This document shows positions 1-8,807 of a stretch of 64,000 nucleotides of DNA, piece after piece; position 1 is the stretch's first letter; every line of letters starts with the position of its first letter. Both the position numbers and the translations under genes were made by a program. The notes under the pieces are model-generated. The model worked only from the letters and a program-made list of their open reading frames with translations. It did not search any database and was not told the DNA's origin. The DNA is from an uncultured Candidatus Rokubacteria bacterium (GTDB lineage: Bacteria > Methylomirabilota > Methylomirabilia > Rokubacteriales > CSP1-6), in the NCBI GenBank assembly GCA_963762145.1, contig CAVXJS010000010.1:160001-224000 (forward strand), read 5' to 3'.

Positions 1-469
1 TGCGGGGCGGCCACCGGCTCTCGGTAGACCTCCAGCACTTGCCCCCCGAGATTGAGGATCCAGTAGTCGGCGATCCCGGCCCGCGCATAGAGGCTGGCCT
101 TCTCCCTCCGGTCGAACTCCAGGCTCGAGTCGGCCACCTCGACGATGAGGACAGGGTGCGACGGATGGACGCGGCTGTGGTCTCGTCGGCTGCCCGGGCA
201 CGACCGCGATGTCGGGCTCCGGCTCGGAATCCTCGTCGAGCGCGATGGGACTGTGTGTCACTGAACCGTCCAGCCGGCGCCAAAGGCCTGGCGCAGCGCG
301 TCCTCGGTGAGGCCGACAGCGGTGAATGGGGACCACCTTGAGGTTCGCGGACGAGCAGGGCGCCACCGACCAGCTCGAGGCGTTCGCCGGGACGGAAGGC
401 GCCCAGGTCAATCAGCCGTTCGTACTCGAGCCGGGTCCAGTGTTTGGTGCGTACCGAGGAAACCGCCAT
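1..469 (-). CDS. Uma2 (DUF820) family putative restriction endonuclease; 3'-truncated by the window edge and frameshifted
   Basis: Manual minus-strand translation gives MAVSSVRTKHWTRLEYERLIDLGAFRPGERLELVGG...SEPEPDIAVV...VLIVEVADSSLEFDRREKASLYARAGIADYWILNL, the typical Uma2 motifs. The frame breaks near 190-325, so it is absent from the ORF track. Confidence 0.8.
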   Translation of the reverse strand, partial: MAVSSVRTKHWTRLEYERLIDLGAFRPGERLELVGGALLVREPQGGPHSPLSASPRTRCARPLAPAGRFSDTQSHRARRGFRAGARHRGRARAADETTAASIRRTLSSSSRWPTRAWSSTGGRRPASMRGPGSPTTGSSISGGKCWRSTESRWPPR

Positions 470-501
470 GCCCTCCAAGCTAGCCCTGCGGTGTCCACCC
501 C

Positions 502-520
502 GTCAACGTCCACCCGGCGA
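502..520. repeat. 19-bp direct repeat, copy 1 (GTCAACGTCCACCCGGCGA)
   Basis: Exact match to 1283-1301. On the minus strand it ends in TTGAC, a -35-like hexamer upstream of Uma2. Confidence 0.9.
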
Positions 521-556
521 TACGCCAGGTCGACGGATGCATGTATTGTCGGCGGC

Positions 557-979
557 TCAGCTCGGCAGTGAGGCCAATGGCAGCACGTGTTGACGAAGGG
601 GGCCTGACACGAGGGCCTCGAAGCGGCGATCTCCGGTGACGAGCTGGCAGCCCGAGAGAATCGCGAGGCTTAGGTAGCAGCCGTCGTAGACCGTACAGTC
701 GAGCTGGAGTGCCAGCTCCAGAGCTGAGGACGCCAGCTCTCGGGTCGGGTAGGTCGTGAACGGAGCGCTCACGATTCCGTCCAGGGCTGCCCGAGCCTCG
801 CTCATCGTGATCTGACGACGCCGAAGCTTCTGCCACAGTGCGTTGCCGGCTTCCAAGTAGACGAGATCTGGCACGATAAAGCGATGGTCGCTTTCCAGGA
901 GGCGTACCGCCTGAGGGGTGAGGTCCTCCGGAACAAACCACTTGATCGGGACGTTCGCGTCGAGGACGTAGCGGCTCAT
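557..979 (-). CDS. vapC: PIN-domain toxin (VapC/FitB family)
   Basis: MSRYVLDANV..E..NAL..YDGCYLSLA..LVTGD carries the PIN acidic residues; 4-bp overlap with the antitoxin stop. Confidence 0.9.
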   Translation of the reverse strand: MSRYVLDANVPIKWFVPEDLTPQAVRLLESDHRFIVPDLVYLEAGNALWQKLRRRQITMSEARAALDGIVSAPFTTYPTRELASSALELALQLDCTVYDGCYLSLAILSGCQLVTGDRRFEALVSGPLRQHVLPLASLPS

Positions 980-1209
980 CGCGAGCGGCGATCGGACGCG
1001 ATGAGCTCTGCACTGTCCGAGTGCGTACGCCTGGCCAGACTTTTCCGTAGTTTCGCGGCCAAGGTGCGGGTACCCGACCAATCGGTGTTCGCAGCTTCCT
1101 CCAGGATGCTCTTGAGCTCGGCCTGTAGGCTACGGTCGTTGCGACGGGCCCGGGCCCTGAGCCTCTCGAGGGTCGCCTGGGATAGATCCCGGATATGGAT
1201 GGCGGGCAT
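976..1209 (-). CDS. FitA-like ribbon-helix-helix antitoxin
   Basis: MPAIHIRDLSQATLERLRARARRNDRSLQAELKSILEEAA...DSAELIASDR; lies directly upstream of the PIN toxin. Confidence 0.88.
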   Translation of the reverse strand: MPAIHIRDLSQATLERLRARARRNDRSLQAELKSILEEAANTDWSGTRTLAAKLRKSLARRTHSDSAELIASDRRSR

Positions 1210-1282
1210 GATTCGACGCGCCTCCTGGTTCGTGTGGTATCGAAATGCTACCACACAAGAGTGTGCCACGTGCACTCATCCT

Positions 1283-1301
1283 GTCAACGTCCACCCGGCG
1301 A
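1283..1301. repeat. 19-bp direct repeat, copy 2; overlaps the recombinase stop codon and a TTGACA -35 box of the TA operon
   Basis: Exact match to 502-520. Confidence 0.9.
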
Positions 1302-2198
1302 GACACCCAGCAGCTCTACCGCCTCTCGCTGCCGCTCCGGGCTCACGTGCGTGTAGATCTCGGTGGTCGCCAGCGACTCGTGCCCCAGCAGCTTCTGGAT
1401 CACGCGGAGGTCGGCCCGGCGGTTCAGTAGCTCGGTGGCGAACGTGTGACGGAAGAGGTGCGGGTGCAGGCGCCGGCCGATGCGGCGGCTCACGCGCTTG
1501 CAGAGCAGCACCATCACCTGCTTGGTGATGCGCCCGCGCCAGCTCACGAAGAGCGGATGCTGGGGGCCGAGGCCGGGCCGGGAGGCCAGGTAGGCGTCGA
1601 GGGCGGCCTGGGCGGTGGGGTGCAGCGGCACCACGCGGTCCTTGTTGCCCTTGCCGTGCACCATCAGGCTGGGGGCCTCGCGCGAGTAGTCGCCGACGTC
1701 GGCGGCCATCACCTCGCCGCGGCGCAGGCCGCCGTAGGCCAGCAGGGCCAGGATGGCGCGGTCGCGCGGCTTGCGCTCGCCGGCCACGATCTGCTCGACC
1801 TGGCTCCAGTCGAGAACGCGGGGCAGGCGGCGCTCGCGGCGAGGCACGGAGACGCCGATCATCGGGCTGCGCTGGAGATGGCGGCGCTCCACCAGCCAGC
1901 CGGCGAAGCGGTTCAGCTCGACGAGGCGGCGGCGCACCGTGTTGACGCTCCAGCGGCGGGTGGCCATGTGGGCCTGGTAGTCGCGGATGAGCGTGGTGGT
2001 GAAGGTGCGGAGGGTGGGGGCGCGCCGCCCCTCACCCTGCCCTCTCCCCAGAGGGGAGAGGGTTCTGGAGCGGCGGCGACGGGCGAACTCCAGGAAGAGG
2101 CCGAAGTCGCTGCGGTAGGACTTGATGGTCATCGGGCGGAGCCGCTTCTCCACCGCGCAGTGCTGAAGGAAGCGCGCGTGCAGGGCGGCCAGCGTCAT
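1284..2198 (-). CDS. XerC/XerD-like tyrosine recombinase
   Basis: Catalytic motifs GLRRGE, GKGNKDR, HLFRH, LLGH and TEIYTH are present with an N-terminal SAM-like domain. It contains an in-frame repeat-derived peptide TLSPLGRGQGEG. Confidence 0.93.
   Translation of the reverse strand: MTLAALHARFLQHCAVEKRLRPMTIKSYRSDFGLFLEFARRRRSRTLSPLGRGQGEGRRAPTLRTFTTTLIRDYQAHMATRRWSVNTVRRRLVELNRFAGWLVERRHLQRSPMIGVSVPRRERRLPRVLDWSQVEQIVAGERKPRDRAILALLAYGGLRRGEVMAADVGDYSREAPSLMVHGKGNKDRVVPLHPTAQAALDAYLASRPGLGPQHPLFVSWRGRITKQVMVLLCKRVSRRIGRRLHPHLFRHTFATELLNRRADLRVIQKLLGHESLATTEIYTHVSPERQREAVELLGVSPGGR
2028..2062 (+). repeat. 35-bp palindromic element CCCCTCACCC-TG-CCCTCTCCCC-N3-GGGGAGAGGG (boxC-like), intragenic copy
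   Basis: Matches the consensus of about 15 copies in the window. Confidence 0.95.
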
Positions 2199-2218
2199 GA
2201 CGTGGCCGGAGCCTAGGG

Positions 2219-3386
2219 TGTCCAGACCCGGAATGGTGTAGACACCTTGGCCACCCCAGAGTGCGACATGCGGTCAGGCCCGAGCGGCGCCCCAGAAGAG
2301 CGCGGCGGGGGTGCGGCCACGGACCCGGTAGCCTTGATGGGGCCGCTCGTGATTGTAGGACTGCATGAACCCATCGAGGCTTCGTTGGAGCGCCGTTCGA
2401 CTCGTGAAGTAGCGCCGACGGAAGGCCACGCGCCAATGCTCCTGCAAGATCGTGCCTTGCAGCCGCTCGACGAACCCGTTCGTCCACGCGTGCCGCGGCT
2501 TCGTTCGGGTGTGGCGGAGGCCGAGCGTCCGGCAGGCGTCATCGAACGCCCCCTTGAACTCGGGGCCGCCGTCGGTGAGCAGGCGGCGCAGCCGCCAGCC
2601 CGCCCGGCGATACAGGGGCACCAAGATGCGACGCACGAAGTGAGCGGCCGCCTCGGCGTTGTGGGCTGGCAGCAACCACGCGACGCCGTAGGAGCACGCG
2701 GCGTCGCAGGCCGTGATCTGCCAGACCTTGCCCACGCCTTTGAGCTGCCCAATGTAGAAGGTGTCCACGCACACCAGCTCGCCGGGCTCGCGGGCGGCGA
2801 CGTGACGCGGCTGGCCGTGCTGCGCCTGCCACAGGGTGCTGCGCGTCCGCTCGGTCAGCAACCCCGCCGTCTGCAGGGCGCGGTGCTCGAGCACGGTCAG
2901 CCGCTGCCGGCGGGTCGCCAGCCCGGCCCGCCGCAGGGCACGCTGCACCGTGCTGGGTGCCACGCGCAGCTGCCAGCGATGGCGCAGGTAAGCGGCGATC
3001 CGACTCGCGCCCCACGTCGCCGCGCTGACCGCCACGCTCAGCAGCAGCCGCTCCGTCTCCGGGGCCAGCTGCACCGGTCGGCCGGGGCGGGCCCGATGCC
3101 GCCGCGGATGCACCCCGTCCTGGCCGTAGCGCTCCAACCGCTGACGCCAGCGGTAGAACAGGGCGCGGGAGATCCCCGCCTCCCGGCAGGCCCGACTGAC
3201 ATTGCCCAACTCCTCCGCCCGCTGGATGACATGCAGCCGCAGTCCGTGTACTTTCTCCTCGAGGGTCATCGGTCGATCCTCCCAAAGTGGTTCCCCTGGC
3301 AGGGGGTGGTTCACTCTGGGAACGATAGGCCAGATGGCCCTCACTGTTTCTGGTCACAAGTGTCAACACTAATCCGGCTCAGGACA
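2219..3386 (-). mobile_element. IS481-family insertion sequence
   Basis: TGT...ACA ends. 27-bp imperfect TIRs TGTCCAGACCCGGAATGGTGTAGACAC and TGTCCTGAGCCGGATTAGTGTTGACAC (22/27 match). 8-bp direct repeat GCCTAGGG at 2211-2218 and 3387-3394 contains the CTAG core typical of IS481 targets. Confidence 0.92.
2274..3269 (-). CDS. IS481-family DDE transposase
   Basis: N-terminal HTH (NVSRACREAGISRALFYRW) and rve core (VCVDTF, LTDGGPEF, TNGFVERL, YNHERPHQG). Confidence 0.93.
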   Translation of the reverse strand: MTLEEKVHGLRLHVIQRAEELGNVSRACREAGISRALFYRWRQRLERYGQDGVHPRRHRARPGRPVQLAPETERLLLSVAVSAATWGASRIAAYLRHRWQLRVAPSTVQRALRRAGLATRRQRLTVLEHRALQTAGLLTERTRSTLWQAQHGQPRHVAAREPGELVCVDTFYIGQLKGVGKVWQITACDAACSYGVAWLLPAHNAEAAAHFVRRILVPLYRRAGWRLRRLLTDGGPEFKGAFDDACRTLGLRHTRTKPRHAWTNGFVERLQGTILQEHWRVAFRRRYFTSRTALQRSLDGFMQSYNHERPHQGYRVRGRTPAALFWGAARA

Positions 3387-3414
3387 GCCTAGGGCGCGGC
3401 CGGCGGCCCGTCAA
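3386..3414 (-). promoter_or_regulatory. sigma70-like promoter TTGACG-N17-TAGGCT, probably the original recombinase promoter
   Basis: Near-consensus hexamers with a 17-bp spacer; the -10 lies in the IS target duplication. Confidence 0.6.
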
Positions 3415-3532
3415 TGTCCCGAAACGGAGACGGGGTCCGCCGCGGGTTCGCCCGCGCAACGGGGCGGATCGGGGTATGATCCGCGCCAGACTGAGCTCGG
3501 ATGATCGCGGTTCTCCAGAGGAGGAGACTCCC

Positions 3533-3925
3533 ATGGCGAAGATCACTCAGATCACCGTCACCGCTCAATCCCGGCCGGGTGTGCTGGCCAAGGTGGCGCG
3601 AGCCCTGGCCGACGCGGGCGTGAACATCACCGCCATGTGCGCCTCGGAGTCGACGGGGCGCGCCAAGCTCCGGCTGGTGGTCAGCGATCCGGAGCGGGCC
3701 AAGCAGGCCCTGGCGGCCGCCCGGATCCGGTGCGGGGAAGAACCGGCGCTGCTCCTCTCGGTCGAGGACCGCCCCGGCACCCTGGCCACCCTCGCCTCGC
3801 GGCTGGCGGCGGCCAAGATCAATATCAAGTGCGCGTACGCGACGACCGTGATTGCCGGCGGGGGGCCATGCCACGTCGTGGTGGCGGTGGCCAACGCCGA
3901 CAAGGCCGAGAAGGCGCTGAGGTAG
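3533..3925 (+). CDS. Tandem ACT-domain protein
   Basis: SRPGVLAKVARALADAGVNI and DRPGTLATLASRLAAAKINI ACT repeats; GGAGGAG RBS. Confidence 0.88.
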   Translation: MAKITQITVTAQSRPGVLAKVARALADAGVNITAMCASESTGRAKLRLVVSDPERAKQALAAARIRCGEEPALLLSVEDRPGTLATLASRLAAAKINIKCAYATTVIAGGGPCHVVVAVANADKAEKALR

Positions 3926-3931
3926 CCCCGG

Positions 3932-5182
3932 GTGAAGACCCTCGTGCTCGGCGGCGGCGTGGTGGGCGTGACCACCGCCTATTTCCTGGCCCGGGCCGGC
4001 GACGAGGTGACGATCGTCGAGGCGAACGACGCGCTCGGTCTCGAGGCGAGTGCCGGCAACGCCGGGATCATCGCGCCCGGGCATTCCTTCGCGTGGGCCT
4101 CGCCGCGCGCGCCCGCGATGCTGCTGCGCTCGCTGCGGGGCGACGAGACCGCGATCCGGCTGCGGCTCACGCCGGACCCGCATCTCTACACGTGGGGGCT
4201 ACGGTTCCTCCGCGAGTGCGTCCCCGCGCGGGCCCGGCGCAACACGCTCGTCAAGCTGCGCCTCTGCCAGTACAGCCAGCGCGTGATGAACGAGCTGGTG
4301 CAGGCGGAGCGGCTCGAGTACCACGCGGTGGCGAGGGGCGCGCTCTACCTCTATCGCGACCCGGCCGAGCTCGAGGCCGGGATCAAGAAGATGAAGCTGC
4401 TCGCCGAGCACGGCCAGAAGCAGGAGATCCTCGAGGCGAGCCGGGTGGCCGGTCTCGATCCGGCCTTCGCGCCGGTCCAGGGGAAGATCGCCGGGGCGAT
4501 CCGGGATCTCGGCGACTCGAGCGGTGATTCGCGCCTGTTCACCGAGGGCCTGGGCGCGCTCTGCCGCGCCCGGCTCGGGGTGACCGTCAAGCTCGGCTCG
4601 CGCGTCACCGCGCTCCGGGCCAGCGCCGACCGGATCGAGGGCGTCGTCACCGGCGACGGCGTCTTGACCGCCGATCGCTACGTGCTGGCGCTCGGCGTCG
4701 GGAGCCCGCTGGTGGCGCGCACCGCGGGGGTGAGCCTGCCGATCTATCCCGCCAAGGGCTATTCCTCGACGTTTCCGCTGAAGGCGGGCGGCCTGGCCCC
4801 CACCATTCCCGGCGTGGACGAGCAGTGGCTGGTCGGCTGGTCGCGGCTCGGCGATCGGCTGCGGTTGACCTCCACCGCCGAGTTCGCGGGCTACGACTGG
4901 GGCTGGACCCCCCGCGACTTCGGCAACATCCTGCGCTTCACCCGCGACATCTTTCCCGACGCGGCGGACTACGGCCGCGGGGAGTACCGTGCGTGCCTGC
5001 GGCCGATGACGCCCGACGGTCCGCCCATCCTGGGCCTCGGGCGTCATCGCAACCTGTTCTTCAATTGCGGCCACGGGCATATGGGGTGGACGATGGCGTG
5101 CGGCACCGCGCGCATCGTCGCCGATCTGATGAGCGGGCGCATGCCCGAGGTGGATCTGGAGGGGCTCGGCGCGCGACGGTGA
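3932..5182 (+). CDS. dadA: D-amino acid dehydrogenase (FAD-dependent)
   Basis: GGGVVG FAD motif, ASAGNAG, PAKGYS, LRPMTPDG, GHGHMGWTMACG. Confidence 0.85.
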   Translation: MKTLVLGGGVVGVTTAYFLARAGDEVTIVEANDALGLEASAGNAGIIAPGHSFAWASPRAPAMLLRSLRGDETAIRLRLTPDPHLYTWGLRFLRECVPARARRNTLVKLRLCQYSQRVMNELVQAERLEYHAVARGALYLYRDPAELEAGIKKMKLLAEHGQKQEILEASRVAGLDPAFAPVQGKIAGAIRDLGDSSGDSRLFTEGLGALCRARLGVTVKLGSRVTALRASADRIEGVVTGDGVLTADRYVLALGVGSPLVARTAGVSLPIYPAKGYSSTFPLKAGGLAPTIPGVDEQWLVGWSRLGDRLRLTSTAEFAGYDWGWTPRDFGNILRFTRDIFPDAADYGRGEYRACLRPMTPDGPPILGLGRHRNLFFNCGHGHMGWTMACGTARIVADLMSGRMPEVDLEGLGARR

Positions 5183-5196
5183 GCGAGCGGGCTGGG

Positions 5197-5231
5197 CCCC
5201 TCACCCTGCCCTCTCCCCGGAGGGGAGAGGG
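5197..5231 (+). repeat. 35-bp palindromic element
   Basis: Consensus match, intergenic. Confidence 0.95.
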
Positions 5232-5311
5232 TGGTCGGGGGGTCGGGTTCGCCATCGGTGAGCCGCCGGCCCAACCTTGTCCGGATGCCTCTGGCCGAGT
5301 ACGCTCCACCC

Positions 5312-6751
5312 ATGACGGTGGACCTGGTGATCCGGAACGGCCGGGTGGTCACGCCGGCGGGCGTGATCGGTGGCGGCGTCGCCATCGACGGCGAGCGCAT
5401 CGTGGCCGTCGGCGCCGACGCCACGCTGCCGCCGGCCCGCCGGACGATCGACGCGCGCGAGCAGTACGTGCTCCCCGGCCTCATCGATGCCCACGTCCAC
5501 ATGGGCAGCGAGGAGGACGCGTCCATCGCGGAGGGGCTGGCCCAGAACATGCCCGGGGAGACGGATGGCGCCCTGCACGGCGGGGTGACCACCTTCGCGC
5601 ACTTCGTCGGCCAGCGGAACGAGCCGCTGGTGCCGAACATCGAGACGACCATCCGCGAGGGTAATCGGTGGTCGCACACGGACTACTTCTTCCACGCCAT
5701 CGTGTCGACGGAAGCGCACTACGCCGAGCTGCCGGCCGTGTGGGATCGGGGTGTCACCTCGTTCAAGCACTTCTTCAACGCGTACAAGCCGCGGCCGACC
5801 GAGGGGCTGTCCTGGCTCGGGGGGCCATCCGACGCCGGGATGGTGCTGCGCTCGTTGCGGTTCTGCGCGGAGCGTGGGGCGCCGGGCATCTGCATCGTCC
5901 ACTGCGAGGACATCGACATCATCGACGTGCTCGAGACGGAGCTGACGGGGAGCGGGCGCGCCGACCTGGGAGCCTGGAGCGACGCGCGGCCCAACGTGGC
6001 CGAGTACTCGCGCATCGCCCAGGCCATCGACCTCGCCCGATCGGCGGGCGCGCCCATCTACATCGCGCACATGTCGACGCGGGAAGGGGCAGACCGGGTT
6101 GCCGCCGCTCGCCGTGAGGGCTGGCCGGTCTGGGCCGAGGTGACCCCGCATCACCTCACGCACACCGGGTCGATGGAGGAGGAAGTGGGCTGCTGGGGCA
6201 AGGTGAACCCACCGCTCCGCGCGGCGGCCGATGTCGAACGGCTCTGGCGGGCCTTTCACGACGGCGGTATCACGTGCCTCGGGTCCGATCACGGCACGGG
6301 CGGGCGCACGCACGCCACCAAGGCCAAGGGCGGGCCGAAGCACGGCAACATCTGGAGGGCGCGCTCGGGCAACCGGGGCGGGCTCGAGCACTTCCTGCCC
6401 GTGCTGACGACGTTCGGGGTCCACGCCGGCCGCATTTCCATCGAGGACGTCGCCCGCGTGGGCGCCCTGAACACGGCCAAGGTATTCGGCTTGTATCCCC
6501 GGAAAGGCGCGCTCATCCCCGGCGCCGACGCCGACGTGATCATCGTCGATCTCGATCGCGAGGCCGTCGTCGACGAGCACTTCTACCACTGCCTGGCCGA
6601 GACGAGCGTCTACCACGGACACCGGTTCCGCGGCATGGCCCGCACGTCCGTCGTGCGGGGCCGCGTGATGATGGACGAGTGCGAGACCGTCGGGAAGCCG
6701 GGGTGGGGCCGTTACCTTCCGCGCGGCGGCGCGGCCGGACGGAGATCGTGA
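5312..6751 (+). CDS. Cyclic amidohydrolase (dihydropyrimidinase/hydantoinase/allantoinase family)
   Basis: PGLIDAHVH, SFKHF, VHCED, AHMST, KVNPPLR, GSDH, GADADVII. Confidence 0.88.
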   Translation: MTVDLVIRNGRVVTPAGVIGGGVAIDGERIVAVGADATLPPARRTIDAREQYVLPGLIDAHVHMGSEEDASIAEGLAQNMPGETDGALHGGVTTFAHFVGQRNEPLVPNIETTIREGNRWSHTDYFFHAIVSTEAHYAELPAVWDRGVTSFKHFFNAYKPRPTEGLSWLGGPSDAGMVLRSLRFCAERGAPGICIVHCEDIDIIDVLETELTGSGRADLGAWSDARPNVAEYSRIAQAIDLARSAGAPIYIAHMSTREGADRVAAARREGWPVWAEVTPHHLTHTGSMEEEVGCWGKVNPPLRAAADVERLWRAFHDGGITCLGSDHGTGGRTHATKAKGGPKHGNIWRARSGNRGGLEHFLPVLTTFGVHAGRISIEDVARVGALNTAKVFGLYPRKGALIPGADADVIIVDLDREAVVDEHFYHCLAETSVYHGHRFRGMARTSVVRGRVMMDECETVGKPGWGRYLPRGGAAGRRS

Positions 6752-7761
6752 TGCGAATCGGATTCGGGGTCAACTTCATGCCCAGCGCGCCCGTGCTCGA
6801 GGTGGTGGAATGGGCGAAGGCGGTCGAGCGGCACGGCTACGACCTGCTCGGCATCGCCGACTCGCAATCGATCAGCCGTGACGTGTACGTGACGCTCGGC
6901 CACTGCGCGACCGCCACCGAGCGCATCCGGTTCGGCTCGCGGGTGATCACCCCGGTGACGCGCCATCCGGCGGTCGCGGCGTCGGCGGCGGCGACGCTCG
7001 AGGAGCTGGCGCCGGGGCGCACGATGATCGGCATCGGCTCGGGGGACAGCGCCGCCTACAACATCGGCGCCAAGGCGGCGTCCCTCGCGGAGCTCCGGGA
7101 GTATGCGCTGGCGATCCGCGGCCTGATGACCACGGGGCGGGCGGAGTACCACGGGCGCACCGCGACCCTGACGTGGTCGCGCGCGCGGGTGCCCATCTAT
7201 CTCGCCGCGTCGGGTCCGAAGACGCTCCGACTGGCCGGCCAGATCGCCGACGGGGCGGTGGTCCGCACCGGGCTCACCCCGGAGATCGTGCGCGACTCGA
7301 TCGCCCAGGTGAAGGCCGGGGCGGAGGAGGCCGGGCGCGACCCCGCCGAGATCGATCTCTGGTGGTGGCCGGACGTCAACGTGGGGGAGAGCTATACGGA
7401 GGCGGTGGAGGAGATCAAGACCTCGCTCGCCATGGCGGGCAACCACCTGACGCGATTCACGGCCGAGGGCAAGCACGTGCCGCCGGACCTCCTGCCGAAG
7501 ATGAAGATCCTGGCCGAGCGCTACGTGTTCGGCGAGCACGCCCGGCCGGGCAGCGCCAACTGCCGCCTCATCACCGAGCTCGGGCTGGTCGACTACCTCG
7601 CCGACCGCTTCGCCATCGTGGGGACCCCGGCCGAGTGCGTGAAGAAGCTGGAGCGCGCGATCGAGGCGGGGGCGCGGCAGTTCTGGATGAGCATTCACTT
7701 CGACGACAAGTTCCGGCTGCTCCGGGACTTCGCCGAGCGGGTCATGCCCGCGTTCCGCTGA
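6751..7761 (+). CDS. LLM-class flavin/F420-dependent oxidoreductase (Mer-like)
   Basis: VTRHPAVAAS, IGIGSGDS, LAASGPKTLRLAGQIADG. Confidence 0.88.
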   Translation: MRIGFGVNFMPSAPVLEVVEWAKAVERHGYDLLGIADSQSISRDVYVTLGHCATATERIRFGSRVITPVTRHPAVAASAAATLEELAPGRTMIGIGSGDSAAYNIGAKAASLAELREYALAIRGLMTTGRAEYHGRTATLTWSRARVPIYLAASGPKTLRLAGQIADGAVVRTGLTPEIVRDSIAQVKAGAEEAGRDPAEIDLWWWPDVNVGESYTEAVEEIKTSLAMAGNHLTRFTAEGKHVPPDLLPKMKILAERYVFGEHARPGSANCRLITELGLVDYLADRFAIVGTPAECVKKLERAIEAGARQFWMSIHFDDKFRLLRDFAERVMPAFR

Positions 7762-7777
7762 AAGGGGAGACAACGCC

Positions 7778-8674
7778 ATGGTTCGGATCGCAGGGGTGCA
7801 GTTCGTCGGGCACGCCGACAAGGCCGTCAACATCGAGATCGCCGAGCGGATGGTGCGCCAGGCGGCCGCGCGGGGCGCCAGGATCGCGTGTCTGCCCGAG
7901 CTCTTCAACACGATGTACTTCTGCGTGGAGACGAAACCGGAGTACTTCGACTGGGCGGAGCCGGTGCCCGGCCCGACCACCGAGCGCATGGGCGCGCTGG
8001 CGCGGGAGCTGGGCATCGTCCTGATCGCGCCGGTGTTCGAGCGGGCGCCCGACGGGCGCTACTTCAACACCGCGGCGGTGCTGGGACCCGACGGCCGGAT
8101 GATCGGCAAGTACCGGAAGTCGAGCATTCCCTTCATGGACGCGGCGCAGAGCTCGGAGCCGCGCGGCAACGAGAAGTTCTACTTCACGCCGGGAGATCTC
8201 GGCTTCCCCACCTTCGACACGCCGTTCGCCCGCATCGGCATCCTCATCTGCTACGACCGCCACTTCCCCGAGGCGGCGCGGGTGCTGGGCCTCGGCGGAG
8301 CGGAGATCCTGTTCGTGCCCACCGCCACCACGCGCATGACCCGATACCTCTGGGACGTGGAGCTCCGGGCCCACGCCATCGCCAACGTCTTCTACGTCTG
8401 CGGGGTCAACAAGGTCGGCGTGGACGTCGGCGGCTCCCGGCGCGATCACCACGGCAACAGCATGATCCTGAGCCCGAAGGGCGAGGTGATGGCCGAGGCC
8501 AGCGCCACCGAGGACGACATCGCGCTGGCCGACGTGGACCTGAAGGCGCTGCCGTCGCTGCGCAAGCTCTGGGGCTACTACCGGGATCGCCGCCCCGACA
8601 AGTACGCGCCCGTCGTCGAGGAGCCGTCGGGCACCATCGACCCGGCCGCGGCGCACCCGGTCGCAACCCGCTGA
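7778..8674 (+). CDS. Nitrilase-family carbon-nitrogen hydrolase (beta-ureidopropionase/N-carbamoylase-like)
   Basis: E-K-C triad: PELF, KYRK, ICYDRHFPE. Confidence 0.9.
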   Translation: MVRIAGVQFVGHADKAVNIEIAERMVRQAAARGARIACLPELFNTMYFCVETKPEYFDWAEPVPGPTTERMGALARELGIVLIAPVFERAPDGRYFNTAAVLGPDGRMIGKYRKSSIPFMDAAQSSEPRGNEKFYFTPGDLGFPTFDTPFARIGILICYDRHFPEAARVLGLGGAEILFVPTATTRMTRYLWDVELRAHAIANVFYVCGVNKVGVDVGGSRRDHHGNSMILSPKGEVMAEASATEDDIALADVDLKALPSLRKLWGYYRDRRPDKYAPVVEEPSGTIDPAAAHPVATR

Positions 8675-8682
8675 GCGATTCT

Positions 8683-8782
8683 CCCTCTCCCCTCTGGGGA
8701 GAGGGCAGGGTGAGGGGCGGGCGCCCGCGACGGGACCTTGAACCTCCCCCTCACCCCGACCCTCTCCCCAGAGGGGAGAGGG
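8683..8782. repeat. Two palindromic elements in opposite orientation (8683-8717 minus, 8747-8782 plus) between convergent operons
   Basis: Both match the consensus. Confidence 0.93.
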
Positions 8783-8807
8783 AGTGTGGCGAAGCCGCGC
8801 GCTCGCC

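Noticed and set aside
1254-1269. sigma-54 promoter for the TA operon (TGGCACACTCTTGT)
   Set aside because: The spacing is one base short and the -12 GC is missing; a sigma70 TTGACA box explains the region better.
480-2198. Classical integron (IntI + attC)
   Set aside because: The recombinase lacks the IntI-specific insertion between the catalytic boxes, the cargo lies downstream in the same orientation, and no attC-type RYYYAAC...GTTRRRY hairpins were seen.
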